A DNA stretch of 64,000 nucleotides. Origin: an uncultured Actinomycetes bacterium. Lineage in GTDB: Bacteria > Actinomycetota > Thermoleophilia > UBA2241. Of this stretch, positions 45,904 through 56,365 are shown piece by piece; the stretch's first letter is position 1; the number at the start of each line of letters is the position of its first letter. The notes under the pieces are model-generated. The model was not told where the DNA came from, made no database searches, and saw only the letters and a program-made list of their open reading frames with translations. Made by a program: the position numbers and the translations under genes. Where the stretch lies: positions 113,021 through 177,020 of the forward strand of contig CAVYCN010000008.1 of NCBI GenBank assembly GCA_963767005.1. The letters run 5' to 3'.

Positions 45904-46920
45904 ATCGACGCCCACTCCCGAATCCTGATCGCCGGCCATCGCGGCCTGGTGGGCAGCGCCATCACGCGCGCCCTCGAGGCTCACGGCTACGACCACCTGA
46001 TCAAAGCCGACGTGGACGAGGTCGATCTCACCGACCGGGTCGCCACCCACGCGTTCTTCGAGCGCGAGCGGCCCCAGGCCGTGATCCTCGCCGCCGCCAA
46101 GGTCGGCGGCATCGTGGCGAACTGGGAGCAGCCCTGGGAGTTCGTCGCCGTGAACCTGGCCATCGAGCTCAGCGTCGTCGGCGAGGCGTTCCGCGGCGGG
46201 GTCGAGAAGCTCGTCTTTCTGGGCAGCTCCTGCATCTACCCGCGTGAGGCGCCCCAGCCGCTCAAAGAGGAGTACCTCCTGACCGGACCGCTCGAGGAGA
46301 CCAACCGCGCCTACGCCGTCGCCAAGATCGCCGGCATCGAGCTCTGTCGCAGCCTCAACCGCCAGTACGGCACCGACTACATCTCGCTGATGCCGACCAA
46401 CCTGTTCGGCCCCGGCGACAACTTCGACCTGCGCACCAGCCACGTGCTGCCGGCCATGATCCGCAAGTTCCACGAAGCCAAGCTCGGACTGCCCGACGCC
46501 GACGGACGGGCGCGCGAGCCGATGGCGCCGGTCGTCTTGTGGGGCACGGGCAGCCCGCGGCGCGAGCTGCTGCACGTCGACGACCTCGCCGCGGCGGTCC
46601 TGTTCCTGCTCGAGCGGGTCACCGCGGCCGAGCTGCCCGACGGCATGGTCAACATCGGCACCGGACACGACCAGACCATCCGCGAGCTCGCCGAGCTCAC
46701 CCAGCGCGTCGTGGGTCACACCGGCGCGATCGAGTGGGACACGAGCAAACCCGACGGCACGCCCCAGAAGCAGCTCGACGTGGGGCGCATCACCGCCCTG
46801 GGCTGGCGCCCGCGACGCACGCTCGAGGAGGGCATCCGCTCCACCTACGAGTGGTACGTCGCCCACGCGGGCGCCGAGCGGGGCCGGGGAGCCGACGTCA
46901 CGAGGACCGGCGCGGCCTGA
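45904..46920 (+). CDS. fcl: GDP-L-fucose synthase; probable non-canonical ATC start at 45904
   Basis: [45 protein letters not shown] and WGTGSPRRE. The NADP-binding motif lies upstream of the track's GTG at 45949. Confidence 0.92.
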   Translation: MDAHSRILIAGHRGLVGSAITRALEAHGYDHLIKADVDEVDLTDRVATHAFFERERPQAVILAAAKVGGIVANWEQPWEFVAVNLAIELSVVGEAFRGGVEKLVFLGSSCIYPREAPQPLKEEYLLTGPLEETNRAYAVAKIAGIELCRSLNRQYGTDYISLMPTNLFGPGDNFDLRTSHVLPAMIRKFHEAKLGLPDADGRAREPMAPVVLWGTGSPRRELLHVDDLAAAVLFLLERVTAAELPDGMVNIGTGHDQTIRELAELTQRVVGHTGAIEWDTSKPDGTPQKQLDVGRITALGWRPRRTLEEGIRSTYEWYVAHAGAERGRGADVTRTGAA

Positions 46921-46952
46921 CGGCCGGTCCGGCGAGCCCGAGGAGAGAGCCG

Positions 46953-48122
46953 GTGGCAAAGACGGCACTGATCACAGGCGTCACGGGGCAGGACGGCGCG
47001 TACCTCGCCGAGCACCTGCTCGAGCGGGGCTACGTGGTGCACGGCATCAAGCGCCGCGCCAGCCTGTTCAACACCGACCGCGTCGACCACCTCTACGACG
47101 ACCCGCACAAGCCCGGCGTGCGCTTCTTCATGCACTACGGCGATCTGACCGACGCGACCAACCTGATCCGCATTGTGCAGGAGACCCAGCCCGACGAGAT
47201 CTACAACCTGGCCGCCCAGTCGCACGTGCTGGTGAGCTTCGAGACGGCCGAGTACACGGCCAACTCCGACGCGCTCGGCACGCTGCGCCTGCTCGAGGCG
47301 ATGCGCATCCTCGGCCTGGAGCGCCGCACGCGCTTCTACCAGGCCTCGACCTCGGAGATGTTCGGTCTGGTCCAGGAGGTGCCGCAGCGCGAGACCACGC
47401 CGTTCTACCCGCGCAGCCCCTATGGCGCGGCCAAGGTCTACGGCTACTGGATCTGCGTGAACTACCGCGAGGCCTACGGCCTGCACGCGAGCAACGGCAT
47501 CCTCTTCAACCACGAGAGCCCGATCCGCGGCGAGACGTTCGTGACCCGCAAGATCACGCGCGCGGTGGCGCGTATCGCCCTGGGTCTGCAGGGCGATCTG
47601 TACCTCGGCAACCTGAGCTCGCAGCGCGACTGGGGCCACGCCCGCGACTACGTGCGCGCCATGTATCTCATGCTGCAGCAGGACGAGCCGGCCGACTACG
47701 TGATCGCCACCGGCGAGCAGCACTCCGTGCGCGAGTTCTGCCTGCGTTCCTTCGCCGAGGTCGGCATCGGCCTGGCCTTCAGCGGCGAGGGCCCCGACGA
47801 GGTCGGGGTGGTCGACGCGGTCGCCCCCGACCTGCTCGCCGCCGCCCGCAACGGCGACGGCCGCGTCGCGGCGCCGGCCGAGCGCGACGACGAGATCGCG
47901 CCGGGCCGCGTGCTCGTGCGCATCGACCGCCGCTACTTCCGCCCGACCGAGGTGGCGAGCCTGATCGGCGACGCCTCCAAGGCGCGCGAGCGCCTCGGCT
48001 GGCAGCCCGAGATCGGTTTCGACGAGCTCGTGCACGACATGGTCTGGGAGGATCTCGCCCAGGCTCGCCGCGACGAGCTGGTGCGCACGAGCGGCTTTCG
48101 TGTGCACGAGTACCGCGAGTGA
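46953..48122 (+). CDS. gmd: GDP-mannose 4,6-dehydratase
   Basis: [38 protein letters not shown] and FNHESP motifs. Confidence 0.97.
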   Translation: MAKTALITGVTGQDGAYLAEHLLERGYVVHGIKRRASLFNTDRVDHLYDDPHKPGVRFFMHYGDLTDATNLIRIVQETQPDEIYNLAAQSHVLVSFETAEYTANSDALGTLRLLEAMRILGLERRTRFYQASTSEMFGLVQEVPQRETTPFYPRSPYGAAKVYGYWICVNYREAYGLHASNGILFNHESPIRGETFVTRKITRAVARIALGLQGDLYLGNLSSQRDWGHARDYVRAMYLMLQQDEPADYVIATGEQHSVREFCLRSFAEVGIGLAFSGEGPDEVGVVDAVAPDLLAAARNGDGRVAAPAERDDEIAPGRVLVRIDRRYFRPTEVASLIGDASKARERLGWQPEIGFDELVHDMVWEDLAQARRDELVRTSGFRVHEYRE

Positions 48123-48898
48123 CCGACGTCCTCGCCGGCGCGCCGCGCGCCACGGTGCTGACCACGCCGGTCGCCGCGATCGAGCCGGCGCGGGCGGCCG
48201 CGGTCGTCGCGGCCTGGGCCGCGGCCCCCCGCGGCCGCGCCCTGTGCGCCGCCAACGTCCACATGGCGATGGAGGCCTGGGACGATCCGGCCTTCGCGGC
48301 GGCCCTCGCCACGGCCGACCTCGTGGTCTGCGACGGCCGGCCGCTGGTCTGGGCGGCCCGTCTGCTCGGCGTCGGCGCGGCGCGCCAGGCGCGCGGCCAG
48401 GACCTCATGCTCGCGGTCTGTGCCGAGGCCGAGCGCGGCGGGCTGCGCGTGGGCCTCTACGGCGGCAAGCCCGATGTGCTCGACGACCTGCGCGCCGAGC
48501 TGGCGCGCCGGTTCCCGCGCCTCGTCATCGCCTACGCGTGGTCGCCGCCCTTCCGCGAGCTCACGGCCGCCGAAGACGACGACGCCTGCGCGGCGATCAC
48601 GGCGGGCGCCGTCGACGTCCTGTTCGTGAGCCTCGGCTGCCCCAGGCAGGAGCGCTGGATGCTCGCCCACCGCGAGCGTCTGTCGTGCACGATGCTGGGC
48701 GTGGGCGCGGTCTTCGACATGCTGACCGGTCGCGTGGGGGTCGCCCCGGGATGGGCGCAGCGCGCCGGCCTCGAGTGGCTCGTGCGCCTCGCCCAGGAGC
48801 CGCGCCGCCTGTGGCGGCGCTACGCGCTGCACAACGGCCGCTTCGTCGTGCTGGTGGCGCGGCAGCGGCTGGGCCGGCCGGCCCAGCCGCTGCGCTGA
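48119..48898 (+). CDS. WecG/TagA/CpsF-family (GT26) glycosyltransferase
   Basis: CDGRP, LGCPRQE, GVGAVFD and [19 protein letters not shown] motifs. Confidence 0.92.
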   Translation: MTDVLAGAPRATVLTTPVAAIEPARAAAVVAAWAAAPRGRALCAANVHMAMEAWDDPAFAAALATADLVVCDGRPLVWAARLLGVGAARQARGQDLMLAVCAEAERGGLRVGLYGGKPDVLDDLRAELARRFPRLVIAYAWSPPFRELTAAEDDDACAAITAGAVDVLFVSLGCPRQERWMLAHRERLSCTMLGVGAVFDMLTGRVGVAPGWAQRAGLEWLVRLAQEPRRLWRRYALHNGRFVVLVARQRLGRPAQPLR

Positions 48899-48998
48899 GC
48901 CGGCCTGTGCGGCCGCCGCGCTGACGCTGGTCGGCGGGCGGTCGGCGCGACCGCGCCGATCGCGGCGCTCAGGGCTGGACCCGCGGCCGCGGGTGCTC

Positions 48999-50375
48999 TC
49001 AGCCGCCGCGACGCGGCGGCCCGCCGCGCTCGACGGCCACGACGGGCAGGCGCCAGAGGTTCCACAGCGACACGAGGAACGCGACCAGCAGCACGGCGTC
49101 GCGCTCGATGACCAGCAGCACGGCCCCCCTGTCCAGGTAGATGAACGACCAGTAGTTGGCGGGGAACTCGATCTGCGTGAGCAGGAGCGCGGCGAGCAGC
49201 AGGCCGGCGAGCAACCGGCGCTCGGGGATGACCAGGGCGATCGCCGGGATGATCCAGATGAAGTACTGGGGCGATAGCACCTTGCCGAAGGTCATGAAGG
49301 CGAGGATCAGGGCGAGCGCGGCGAGCGGCACGAGGCGCGGCGTGGCACGCAGGGTCGCGCGCCGGCGCCAGATCAGCCAGTAGGTGACGACCAGCGCGAT
49401 CAGCTCGATGAAGCCCGACAGGCGGGCGAGGACGCCGGCTCCGGTCGCGGCCACGAACTGCGAGCCGTAGGCGGTGCCGATCTCGACCCATACCTTGCCC
49501 GCGACGTGGCCCAGCAGCAGCGGCGCGGCGAGCACGCTCTCGACCTGCAGCGGCCGGTCGAGCTGGTAGGTGAACGGGTACTCGATGCCCTTGATGCCGT
49601 GGATCGCGTAGGGGATGAACGGCAGCACGGCGGCGATCACGAAGTAGCCGAAGGCCAGCAGGATGGTGCGCCGGCGGACGGCCAGGATGAAGACCAGCGG
49701 CAGCAGGATGGCCGGCGTGATCTTGAGCGCGAAGCCGAAGCCCAGCACCAGGCCGGCGGCCGCCCACTTCTCGTAGGCGAGCAGCAGCAGGACGACGGCC
49801 AGCAGCAGCGCCACGGCCGCGTCGTAGCGGTTGCCGACGATCGCGCCGATGGCGAGCACGCTGGCGGCGAAGGTCGCGGCCGCGACATAGGCCTTGCGGC
49901 CCCGCGGCCAGAGGCGGGCGGCGGCGGCGGCGGTGACCGCCGCCGCCGCCGCCGTCATCGCGAACATCTCGACGTTGAACCAGTCGCTGTAGGCCCTGAC
50001 GTCGCCGCTGTGGCCGGGGATGACGAACAGCGGGATGGCAAGCGGCGGGTACTCGACGGGGAAGTCGATGTACGGACGCAGGCCGGACGCGATGTTCTGG
50101 GCGTAGGCGGCGTAGATCGTCGTGTCGGAGATGTCGTGGATGCCGTACCAGACGTGCAGCACGGCAAAGAGCAGCACCATGATGCCGACCACGGCCGCCG
50201 TGAGGCCCACGGCGAGGCCGATCACGCGGCGCTGGTGGCGGGCGTCGACGGCCGCCGTCGCGGCGCTGCCGCCACGCGCGCGCCCGTCGCCACGCGCGCG
50301 CCCGTCGCGCCGCGCCTCGGCGCCGCGGCCGCGCGCCGCCTTGCGGCGCCGGGTACGCTGCGCTCGGTCGGTCAT
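48999..50375 (-). CDS. GT87/DUF2029-type membrane (GT-C) glycosyltransferase
   Basis: PYIDFPVEYPP, RYD, LKITP, RPLQVES and KVLSPQY; multi-TM. Confidence 0.8.
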   Translation of the reverse strand: MTDRAQRTRRRKAARGRGAEARRDGRARGDGRARGGSAATAAVDARHQRRVIGLAVGLTAAVVGIMVLLFAVLHVWYGIHDISDTTIYAAYAQNIASGLRPYIDFPVEYPPLAIPLFVIPGHSGDVRAYSDWFNVEMFAMTAAAAAVTAAAAARLWPRGRKAYVAAATFAASVLAIGAIVGNRYDAAVALLLAVVLLLLAYEKWAAAGLVLGFGFALKITPAILLPLVFILAVRRRTILLAFGYFVIAAVLPFIPYAIHGIKGIEYPFTYQLDRPLQVESVLAAPLLLGHVAGKVWVEIGTAYGSQFVAATGAGVLARLSGFIELIALVVTYWLIWRRRATLRATPRLVPLAALALILAFMTFGKVLSPQYFIWIIPAIALVIPERRLLAGLLLAALLLTQIEFPANYWSFIYLDRGAVLLVIERDAVLLVAFLVSLWNLWRLPVVAVERGGPPRRGG

Positions 50376-50394
50376 CTCGTGGGTCTCGCGAGCC

Positions 50395-50937
50395 TCACCG
50401 GAAGCTCCACAGCTTGTTGGCGACGAAATTGATCGGCATGACGAAGACGATCGCGATCAGCTGGCTCGGAATGGGCGCCACGTGCACCTGCTCGCGCAGC
50501 AGCCAGAAGATGGCGAGCTGCCCGCCGTAGGCGATCACGCTGACCGTGAAGAACTTCGGCAGCTCGCGTGCGACCTCCTTGGTCGAGCGGAACGTCCAGC
50601 GCCGGTTGAGGTAGTAGTTGGTCATCACCGACACGACGAAGCCGGCGGCGTTGGCGAGGTAGGTGGCGCCCGAGGGCACGCCCGCCGTGTTCTTCTTGAC
50701 GATGAGGCCGTGGACCGCGGTCACGAGCTCGTGGGCCGAGTGGATGTGCCCGCTGGCGAGCAGCCAGACGAGGAGCACGAGCGTGAACACGACGAGGTTC
50801 ACGATCACGCCGCTGCCGCCGACCACGCAGAAGCGCACGAACTGCCAGAGGCTCTCGCCGAGGCCGCCGCCGGAGCGCGGCCGCGCGGCCGCGCCGTCGT
50901 CTGGCGGCGGGGTCACGTCGCGCGGGAGGTCGTCCAC
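50395..50937 (-). CDS. GtrA-family protein
   Basis: QFVRFCVVGGSG, NYYLNRRWTFR and NFVANKLWSFR motifs. Confidence 0.9.
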   Translation of the reverse strand: MDDLPRDVTPPPDDGAAARPRSGGGLGESLWQFVRFCVVGGSGVIVNLVVFTLVLLVWLLASGHIHSAHELVTAVHGLIVKKNTAGVPSGATYLANAAGFVVSVMTNYYLNRRWTFRSTKEVARELPKFFTVSVIAYGGQLAIFWLLREQVHVAPIPSQLIAIVFVMPINFVANKLWSFR

Positions 50938-51629
50938 AAGATCAGCTGGGCGAGGGCGGTTCGGTAGTCACGAAGGCGATGATACGCGATGCCCTCGCGC
51001 TCACAAAGCTCGGTCAGCACGCCGCGCGCGAAGACCAGGTCGGCGGCGCGCGCCAGGCAGAGGTCGGAGACGCCGTCGCCGAACACGGCGACGGCGTCTC
51101 CGGGCCGCCGCAGCGCGCGCAGCGCGCCCGCCTTGCAGTCGCCCGCGCCGCAGCTGGGGCAGTCGGAGAGGCGCGGGTCGAAGCGCAGCGTCCAGGGCGG
51201 TCCGTGGTCGCCGTCGCGCGGCACGATCTCGCTCGCCACGAGCTCGACCGGCGGCAGGCCCTCGCGCCGCCAGAGCGCCTCGATCGCCTCGCGGTAGCCG
51301 TTGCTGATCACCGCGACGCGGGCGCCGCGCATCGTGAGGGTCGCCAGGAACTCGGCGAAGCCGGGCGCCGAGCGTGCGTCGTCGCCCGTCACGGCGAGCA
51401 AGGCCTCCTTCGAGGTGGTGATCAGGGCGATCTGGCGGCGGAAGCACTCGGCGGGTGAGAGCTCGCCGCGCAGGACGGCGTCGTCGAGCTTGCGCCAGGC
51501 GTCGTCGCCGGTGAGTCGCTGCAGGGCGAGCACGTTGTACTCGCGGTCGGTCACGGTGCCGTCGTAGTCGAGCGCGACGAGGAGGTGCGCGAGGTCGCGC
51601 CGGCCGGCGCGCAGCGGTGACGATGCCAT
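50913..51629 (-). CDS. HAD-IB phosphatase (MtnX/phosphoserine-phosphatase-like)
   Basis: LDYDGTVT, ISNG, CPSCGAGDCK and FGDGVSDLCLA motifs. Confidence 0.85.
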   Translation of the reverse strand: MASSPLRAGRRDLAHLLVALDYDGTVTDREYNVLALQRLTGDDAWRKLDDAVLRGELSPAECFRRQIALITTSKEALLAVTGDDARSAPGFAEFLATLTMRGARVAVISNGYREAIEALWRREGLPPVELVASEIVPRDGDHGPPWTLRFDPRLSDCPSCGAGDCKAGALRALRRPGDAVAVFGDGVSDLCLARAADLVFARGVLTELCEREGIAYHRLRDYRTALAQLILWTTSRAT

Positions 51630-51767
51630 CGTACGGCTCATTGTACCGTGTCTGCTAGAATCAACAGCCCGGTCGGCGTGCGCCCGCTTGCCCCGCTTTC
51701 GCACGCAGCGTCTCGCGTGCGCGACGGCCGGCCCGCGCCACCCGCTTACGACGAGGAGAGCCCACTG

Positions 51768-54700
51768 GTGAACGACAGGCCGCCCCGGTTCCGCGAGGTC
51801 TCGCCCAAGTCCGACTTCCCGGCTCTCGACGCCCGCATCCTCGAGTTCTGGCGCACGGAGCGCATCTTCGAGAAGAGCCTCGAGCTGCGTCGCGGCGGGC
51901 CGCTCTACGCCTTCTACGAAGGCCCGCCGACCGCCAACGGCCGGCCCGGCGCGCACCACGTGCTCTCACGCGTCTTCAAGGACATCTTCCCCCGTTACAA
52001 GACGATGCGCGGCTATCGCGTGCCGCGCAAGGCCGGCTGGGACTGCCACGGCCTGCCCGTCGAGCTCGAGGTCGAGCGGCGCCTGGGCATCGACGGCAAG
52101 GAGCAGATCGAGGAGTACGGCGTCGCCCGCTTCAACGCCCTCTGCCGCGAGAGCGTGCTGACGTACCTGCGCGACTGGGACCGCATGACCGAGCGCATCG
52201 GCTTCTGGATCGACCTGGACGACGCCTACTACACCCTGACCAACGACTACATCGAGTCGGTCTGGTCCCTCTTGCGCCGCATCTGGGACCGTGAGTTGCT
52301 CTACGAGGGCTTCAAGGTCGTGCCCTACTGCCCGCGCTGCGGCACCGCGATCTCGAGCCACGAGATGGCGCAGGGCTACCACGACGTCACCGAGCCGTCG
52401 GTGTACGTGCGCTTCCGGCTCAGGCCGGCCGCGGCCGCGGCGGTCGCGACGCTCGGCGAGGCGGCCGCCGGAGCGCCGCCGGCCGGCGAAGCCGCGGCCC
52501 GCGGCGCGACCGCCGCGGCCGACGGCGCGACCGCGCCGGTCAGCCTGGCGGTGTGGACGACCACTCCCTGGACGCTCGCCTCGAACGTCGCCTGCGCCGT
52601 GAACCCCGAGATCGAGTACGCCCTGGTCGAGAGCCGCGGCGAGCGCTTCGTGCTGGCCCATGACCTCGTCGAGGCGGTGCTCGGCGCCAAGGCCACGGTC
52701 GAACGTCTGATCGCCGGGCGCGAGCTGCTCGGCCTCGAGTACGAGCCGCCCTACCGCTTCGTCGCACCCGAGCGGCGCGCCTGGTATGTGGTCGGCGACG
52801 GCTACGTCACGGTCGGCGACGGCACCGGCATCGTGCACATCGCGCCCGCCTACGGCGAGGACGACATGCGCATCGGGCGCGACAACGACCTTCCGGTCGT
52901 CAACCTGGTCGACCCCGCCGGGCGCTTCGTCGCCGACGTCACGCCGTGGGCGCACACGTTCGTCAAGGACGCCGACCCGGCCATCATCGCCGACCTGCAG
53001 GAGCGCGGCCTGCTGCTCGCCGAGGTGCCCTACGAGCACAGCTATCCGTTCTGCTGGCGCTGCGACACGCCGCTGCTCTACTACTCCAAGACGACCTGGT
53101 ACATCCGCACCACGGCGATCAAGGACGAGTTGCTCGCCGCCAACGAGGCCGTCACCTGGTACCCCGAGCACATCAAGCACGGGCGCTTCGGCGAGTGGCT
53201 CGAGAACAACGTCGACTGGGCCCTGTCGCGCGACCGCTACTGGGGTACGCCGCTGCCGGTCTGGCGCTGCGACCAGGGTCACGCGCACTGCGTGGGCAGT
53301 GTCGCCGAGCTGCGCGAGATGGCGGTCACGCCGCCGCCCGCCGACCTCGAGCTGCACCGCCCCTTCGTCGACGACGTCGTGCTGCGCTGCCCCGAGTGCG
53401 GCGGCGACATGCGGCGCGTGCCCGAGGTGATCGACGCCTGGTTCGACTCGGGCTCCATGCCCTTCGCCCAGTGGCACTACCCGTTCGAGAACGAGGAGAA
53501 GTTCCGCGAGCGGTTCCCGGCCGACTTCATCGCCGAGGCGATCGACCAGACCCGCGGCTGGTTCTACAGCCTGCTGGCCGTGGCCACCCTGGTCGAGGGG
53601 CGCAGCTCGTACGACACGGTGCTCTGCCTGGGGCACATCCTCGACGCCGACGGCCAGAAGATGAGCAAGAGCCGCGGCAACGTGGTGCAGCCCGACGACG
53701 TGCTCGACCGCCAGGGCGCCGACGCCTTCCGCTGGTACCTGTTCACGACCTCGAGCCCCTGGTATCCGCGGCGCTTCTCGCTCGACCTGGTCGACGAGGT
53801 CGTGCGCAAGTTCCTGCTCACGCTGTGGAACACGTACAGCTTCTTCACGGTGTACGCGAACATCGACCGCTTCGACCCCGCCGCCGAGCCGGTGCCGCTC
53901 GCCGAGCGGCCGCTGCTCGACCGCTGGCTGGCCGGACGCGTGGCGCGCCTCGTCACGAGGGTCGGCGAGGGCCTCGAGGACTACGACCCGACCAACTCGG
54001 GACGCGCCATCCAGGACTTCGTCGACGAGCTCTCCAACTGGTACGTGCGGCGCAGCCGGCGGCGCTTCTGGAAGAGCGAGAGCGACCGCGACAAGCTGGC
54101 CGCCTACAACACGCTGTACGAGTGCCTCGTGACTCTCGCCAAGCTGCTCGCGCCCTATACGCCGTTCGTGGCCGAGGAGATCTACCAGAACCTGGTGCGG
54201 TCGGTCGACCAGAGCGCCCCCGAGAGCGTCCACCTGTGCGACTGGCCCGCGGCCGACCAGGCCGCGATCGACGACGCCGTGGCCTTCGACATGGACTGCG
54301 CGCGGCGCGCCGTCGAGCTCGGTCGGGCGGCGCGCAACGCGGCCGCCGTCAAGAACCGCCAGCCGCTTGCCGAGGTTGCGGTGGCGGCGCCCGCGGCCGA
54401 GCGCGCCGCCCTCGAGCGTCTGTGCGACGTCGTGACCGACGAGCTCAACGTCAAGGAGCTGCGCCTCGTGACCGACGCCGCCGAGCTGCTCGACTATGCG
54501 CTCAAGCCGAACCTCAAGCTGCTCGGCCCGCGTCTGGGCAAGACGGTGGGCGCGGTCGGCGCCGCGCTGCGCGAGGTCGACGCCCGCGAGTTCGTGGCGG
54601 CGCTGCGCACGGCCGGCTCGGCGCCCGTGGCACTGCCCGACGGCGTGCAGGTGCGCCTGACCGACGAGGAGGTGCTGGTCGAGACGGTGGCGCCCGCCGG

Positions 54701-55070
54701 CAGCCGTGTCGAGAGCGAGGGCGAGCTCACCGTGGCCCTGGCGACCACGGTCGACGAGGCCCTGCGCGACGAGGGCATCGTGCGTGAGCTCGTCCATGCC
54801 GTTCAACTCTCGCGCAAAAACGCCGATTTACGCATCGAAGACACGATCAGCCTGGCCCTCGCCGTGCCGCCCGAGCTGGCCGCGCTCGTCCAGCGCAACG
54901 CCGCCTACATCGCCGGCGAGACGCTGGCCAGCGAGCTCGAGCTCGGCGATGGGCCCCGCGCGCATCGCGAGACCGTGCGGGTCGAGGGGCACGAGGTGGG
55001 CGTCGGCATCACGCCCACGGGCACGATCTTCACCGTGACGTACGGTGAGAAAGGCGGAAGGCCGACGTGA
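51768..55070 (+). CDS. ileS: Isoleucyl-tRNA synthetase, type 2 (IleRS2)
   Basis: EGPPTANGRPGAHH, GWDCHGLP, WTTTPWTL, GTGIVH, DQTRGWF and KMSKS; long type-2 C-terminus; GAGGAG SD. Confidence 0.97.
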   Translation: MNDRPPRFREVSPKSDFPALDARILEFWRTERIFEKSLELRRGGPLYAFYEGPPTANGRPGAHHVLSRVFKDIFPRYKTMRGYRVPRKAGWDCHGLPVELEVERRLGIDGKEQIEEYGVARFNALCRESVLTYLRDWDRMTERIGFWIDLDDAYYTLTNDYIESVWSLLRRIWDRELLYEGFKVVPYCPRCGTAISSHEMAQGYHDVTEPSVYVRFRLRPAAAAAVATLGEAAAGAPPAGEAAARGATAAADGATAPVSLAVWTTTPWTLASNVACAVNPEIEYALVESRGERFVLAHDLVEAVLGAKATVERLIAGRELLGLEYEPPYRFVAPERRAWYVVGDGYVTVGDGTGIVHIAPAYGEDDMRIGRDNDLPVVNLVDPAGRFVADVTPWAHTFVKDADPAIIADLQERGLLLAEVPYEHSYPFCWRCDTPLLYYSKTTWYIRTTAIKDELLAANEAVTWYPEHIKHGRFGEWLENNVDWALSRDRYWGTPLPVWRCDQGHAHCVGSVAELREMAVTPPPADLELHRPFVDDVVLRCPECGGDMRRVPEVIDAWFDSGSMPFAQWHYPFENEEKFRERFPADFIAEAIDQTRGWFYSLLAVATLVEGRSSYDTVLCLGHILDADGQKMSKSRGNVVQPDDVLDRQGADAFRWYLFTTSSPWYPRRFSLDLVDEVVRKFLLTLWNTYSFFTVYANIDRFDPAAEPVPLAERPLLDRWLAGRVARLVTRVGEGLEDYDPTNSGRAIQDFVDELSNWYVRRSRRRFWKSESDRDKLAAYNTLYECLVTLAKLLAPYTPFVAEEIYQNLVRSVDQSAPESVHLCDWPAADQAAIDDAVAFDMDCARRAVELGRAARNAAAVKNRQPLAEVAVAAPAAERAALERLCDVVTDELNVKELRLVTDAAELLDYALKPNLKLLGPRLGKTVGAVGAALREVDAREFVAALRTAGSAPVALPDGVQVRLTDEEVLVETVAPAGSRVESEGELTVALATTVDEALRDEGIVRELVHAVQLSRKNADLRIEDTISLALAVPPELAALVQRNAAYIAGETLASELELGDGPRAHRETVRVEGHEVGVGITPTGTIFTVTYGEKGGRPT

Positions 55071-55780
55071 GCCCGGAGCTAAAGACAGCGCAAGGCGATC
55101 CTTCGCTCGAGCTCGTGCTCGAGCTCGCGGCGCCCAACCTCGGCGACCGCGCCATCGACGTGGGCACCACGGTCGGTACGACGGCCTTCGCGCTGGCCGG
55201 CGCCGTGGCCAGCGTGCTGGCCGTCGACAATCGCAAGGACACGATCGACGAGGCGCTGCGCCTCAACCGCGAGATCGGCGCCGACAACGTCGGTTTCGCC
55301 ATGGCCAACCTCTACGCGCTGCCCTTCGCCGACGGCGCCTTCACCCTGGCCACCTGTCGCAACGCTCTGCACCGGTTCCGCGAGCCGGCCGCGGCGCTGC
55401 GTGAGATGGCCCGGGTGATCACGCCGGCCGGCCGGCTCGTCGTCTACGACCTGCTCGTCGACGACCAGCTCGACCGCACGCTGAACGAGCTCGCCCGCCT
55501 GAGCGACGCCGCGCACCGGCGCTACGACACGCACGACGAGTTCCTCGAGCATTTCGCCAAGGCCGGGCTGCGGGTGACCGACGAGCGCCGCCTGCATCGC
55601 ACGGTCCACCTCGAGTACTGGCTCGAGGTGGCGGCCGTCGACACGAGCCGCGCCGAGCTCATCCGCACGCGCCTACAGGAGCTGCCCCTCAAGGTGCAGA
55701 CGGCCCTCGACCTGGCCGTCGCCGACGACCTCGTGTCGTTCTCTTACGACGACATCGGGTTCCGGCTCGAGCACGCCTGA
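55067..55780 (+). CDS. Class I SAM-dependent methyltransferase-like protein
   Basis: AIDVGT, LPFADGAF, ALHRF.EPAAALREMARV..PAG; GTGA overlap with ileS. Confidence 0.75.
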   Translation: MSPELKTAQGDPSLELVLELAAPNLGDRAIDVGTTVGTTAFALAGAVASVLAVDNRKDTIDEALRLNREIGADNVGFAMANLYALPFADGAFTLATCRNALHRFREPAAALREMARVITPAGRLVVYDLLVDDQLDRTLNELARLSDAAHRRYDTHDEFLEHFAKAGLRVTDERRLHRTVHLEYWLEVAAVDTSRAELIRTRLQELPLKVQTALDLAVADDLVSFSYDDIGFRLEHA

Positions 55781-55798
55781 CGGCGCGCGCCGCGACGG

Positions 55799-55987
55799 TC
55801 AGTCGGCCTCGTCGGCCAGCCGTCCGCCGACGGCCCAGTCGGCTTTTGCGTAGTCCTCGAAGATGACGCGCACCGTCGCGCGGTCGCAGCCGGCGACGTC
55901 GACGAGGGCGTCGGTGATGCGACGCGCGAGCTCGGCCTTCTGCTCGCGATCGCGGCCGGCCCAGAGCTTCACGGTGACGACGGGCAT
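55799..55987 (-). CDS. 4-oxalocrotonate tautomerase family protein
   Basis: M-P start (catalytic Pro1), GRDREQK..L...IT and WAVGG; 62 aa. Confidence 0.9.
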   Translation of the reverse strand: MPVVTVKLWAGRDREQKAELARRITDALVDVAGCDRATVRVIFEDYAKADWAVGGRLADEAD

Positions 55988-56000
55988 CGCCGCGCCCGTC

Positions 56001-56315
56001 TCAGCCGAGCCAGTCGGCGAGCTCCTCGTGCAGCTTCGGCTTGCTCAGCGCGCCGACGATGCGCTTCTTCATCTGGCCGCCCTCGTAGGCGATCAGCGTG
56101 GGGATGTTCATGACCTCGAGGCTCTGGGCCACCTGCGGATTCTCGTCGACGTTCAGCTTGACGACCTTCACGCCGGGGTGCCGCTCGGCGATCTCGGCGA
56201 GCACGGGCTCGATCGCGCGGCACGGTCCGCACCACTCGGCCCAAAAGTCGACCAGGACCTTGCCCGGGGCGTCGAGCACCTCGGCCTTGAAGGTATCCTG
56301 CGTGACTGCGTCCAC
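56001..56315 (-). CDS. trxA: Thioredoxin
   Basis: VDFWAEWCGPC and IPTL; GTG after AGGAGG. Confidence 0.96.
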   Translation of the reverse strand: MDAVTQDTFKAEVLDAPGKVLVDFWAEWCGPCRAIEPVLAEIAERHPGVKVVKLNVDENPQVAQSLEVMNIPTLIAYEGGQMKKRIVGALSKPKLHEELADWLG

Positions 56316-56365
56316 GTGTTCCCTCCTGGAGAAGTCTGTCGCTTGAGCCCCGGCCGGCGCGCCGC

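Noticed and set aside
50271-50306. 18-bp tandem duplication (GCCACGCGCGCGCCCGTC x2)
   Set aside because: In-frame slippage in a disordered N-terminus; not a CRISPR array or mobile element.
51630-51767. T-box riboswitch before ileS
   Set aside because: The short divergent spacer has no recognisable T-box (GGTGGNACCGCG) sequence.
51966-54806. Long antisense and alternative-frame ORFs (946 aa here; also 59657-62446, 7926-10259, 5837-7783 and many others)
   Set aside because: Shadow ORFs expected at high GC. They overlap well-supported genes and are Arg/Pro/Ala-rich or reverse-codon patterned with no motifs. Only the last 49 codons of 59657-62446 are a real gene.
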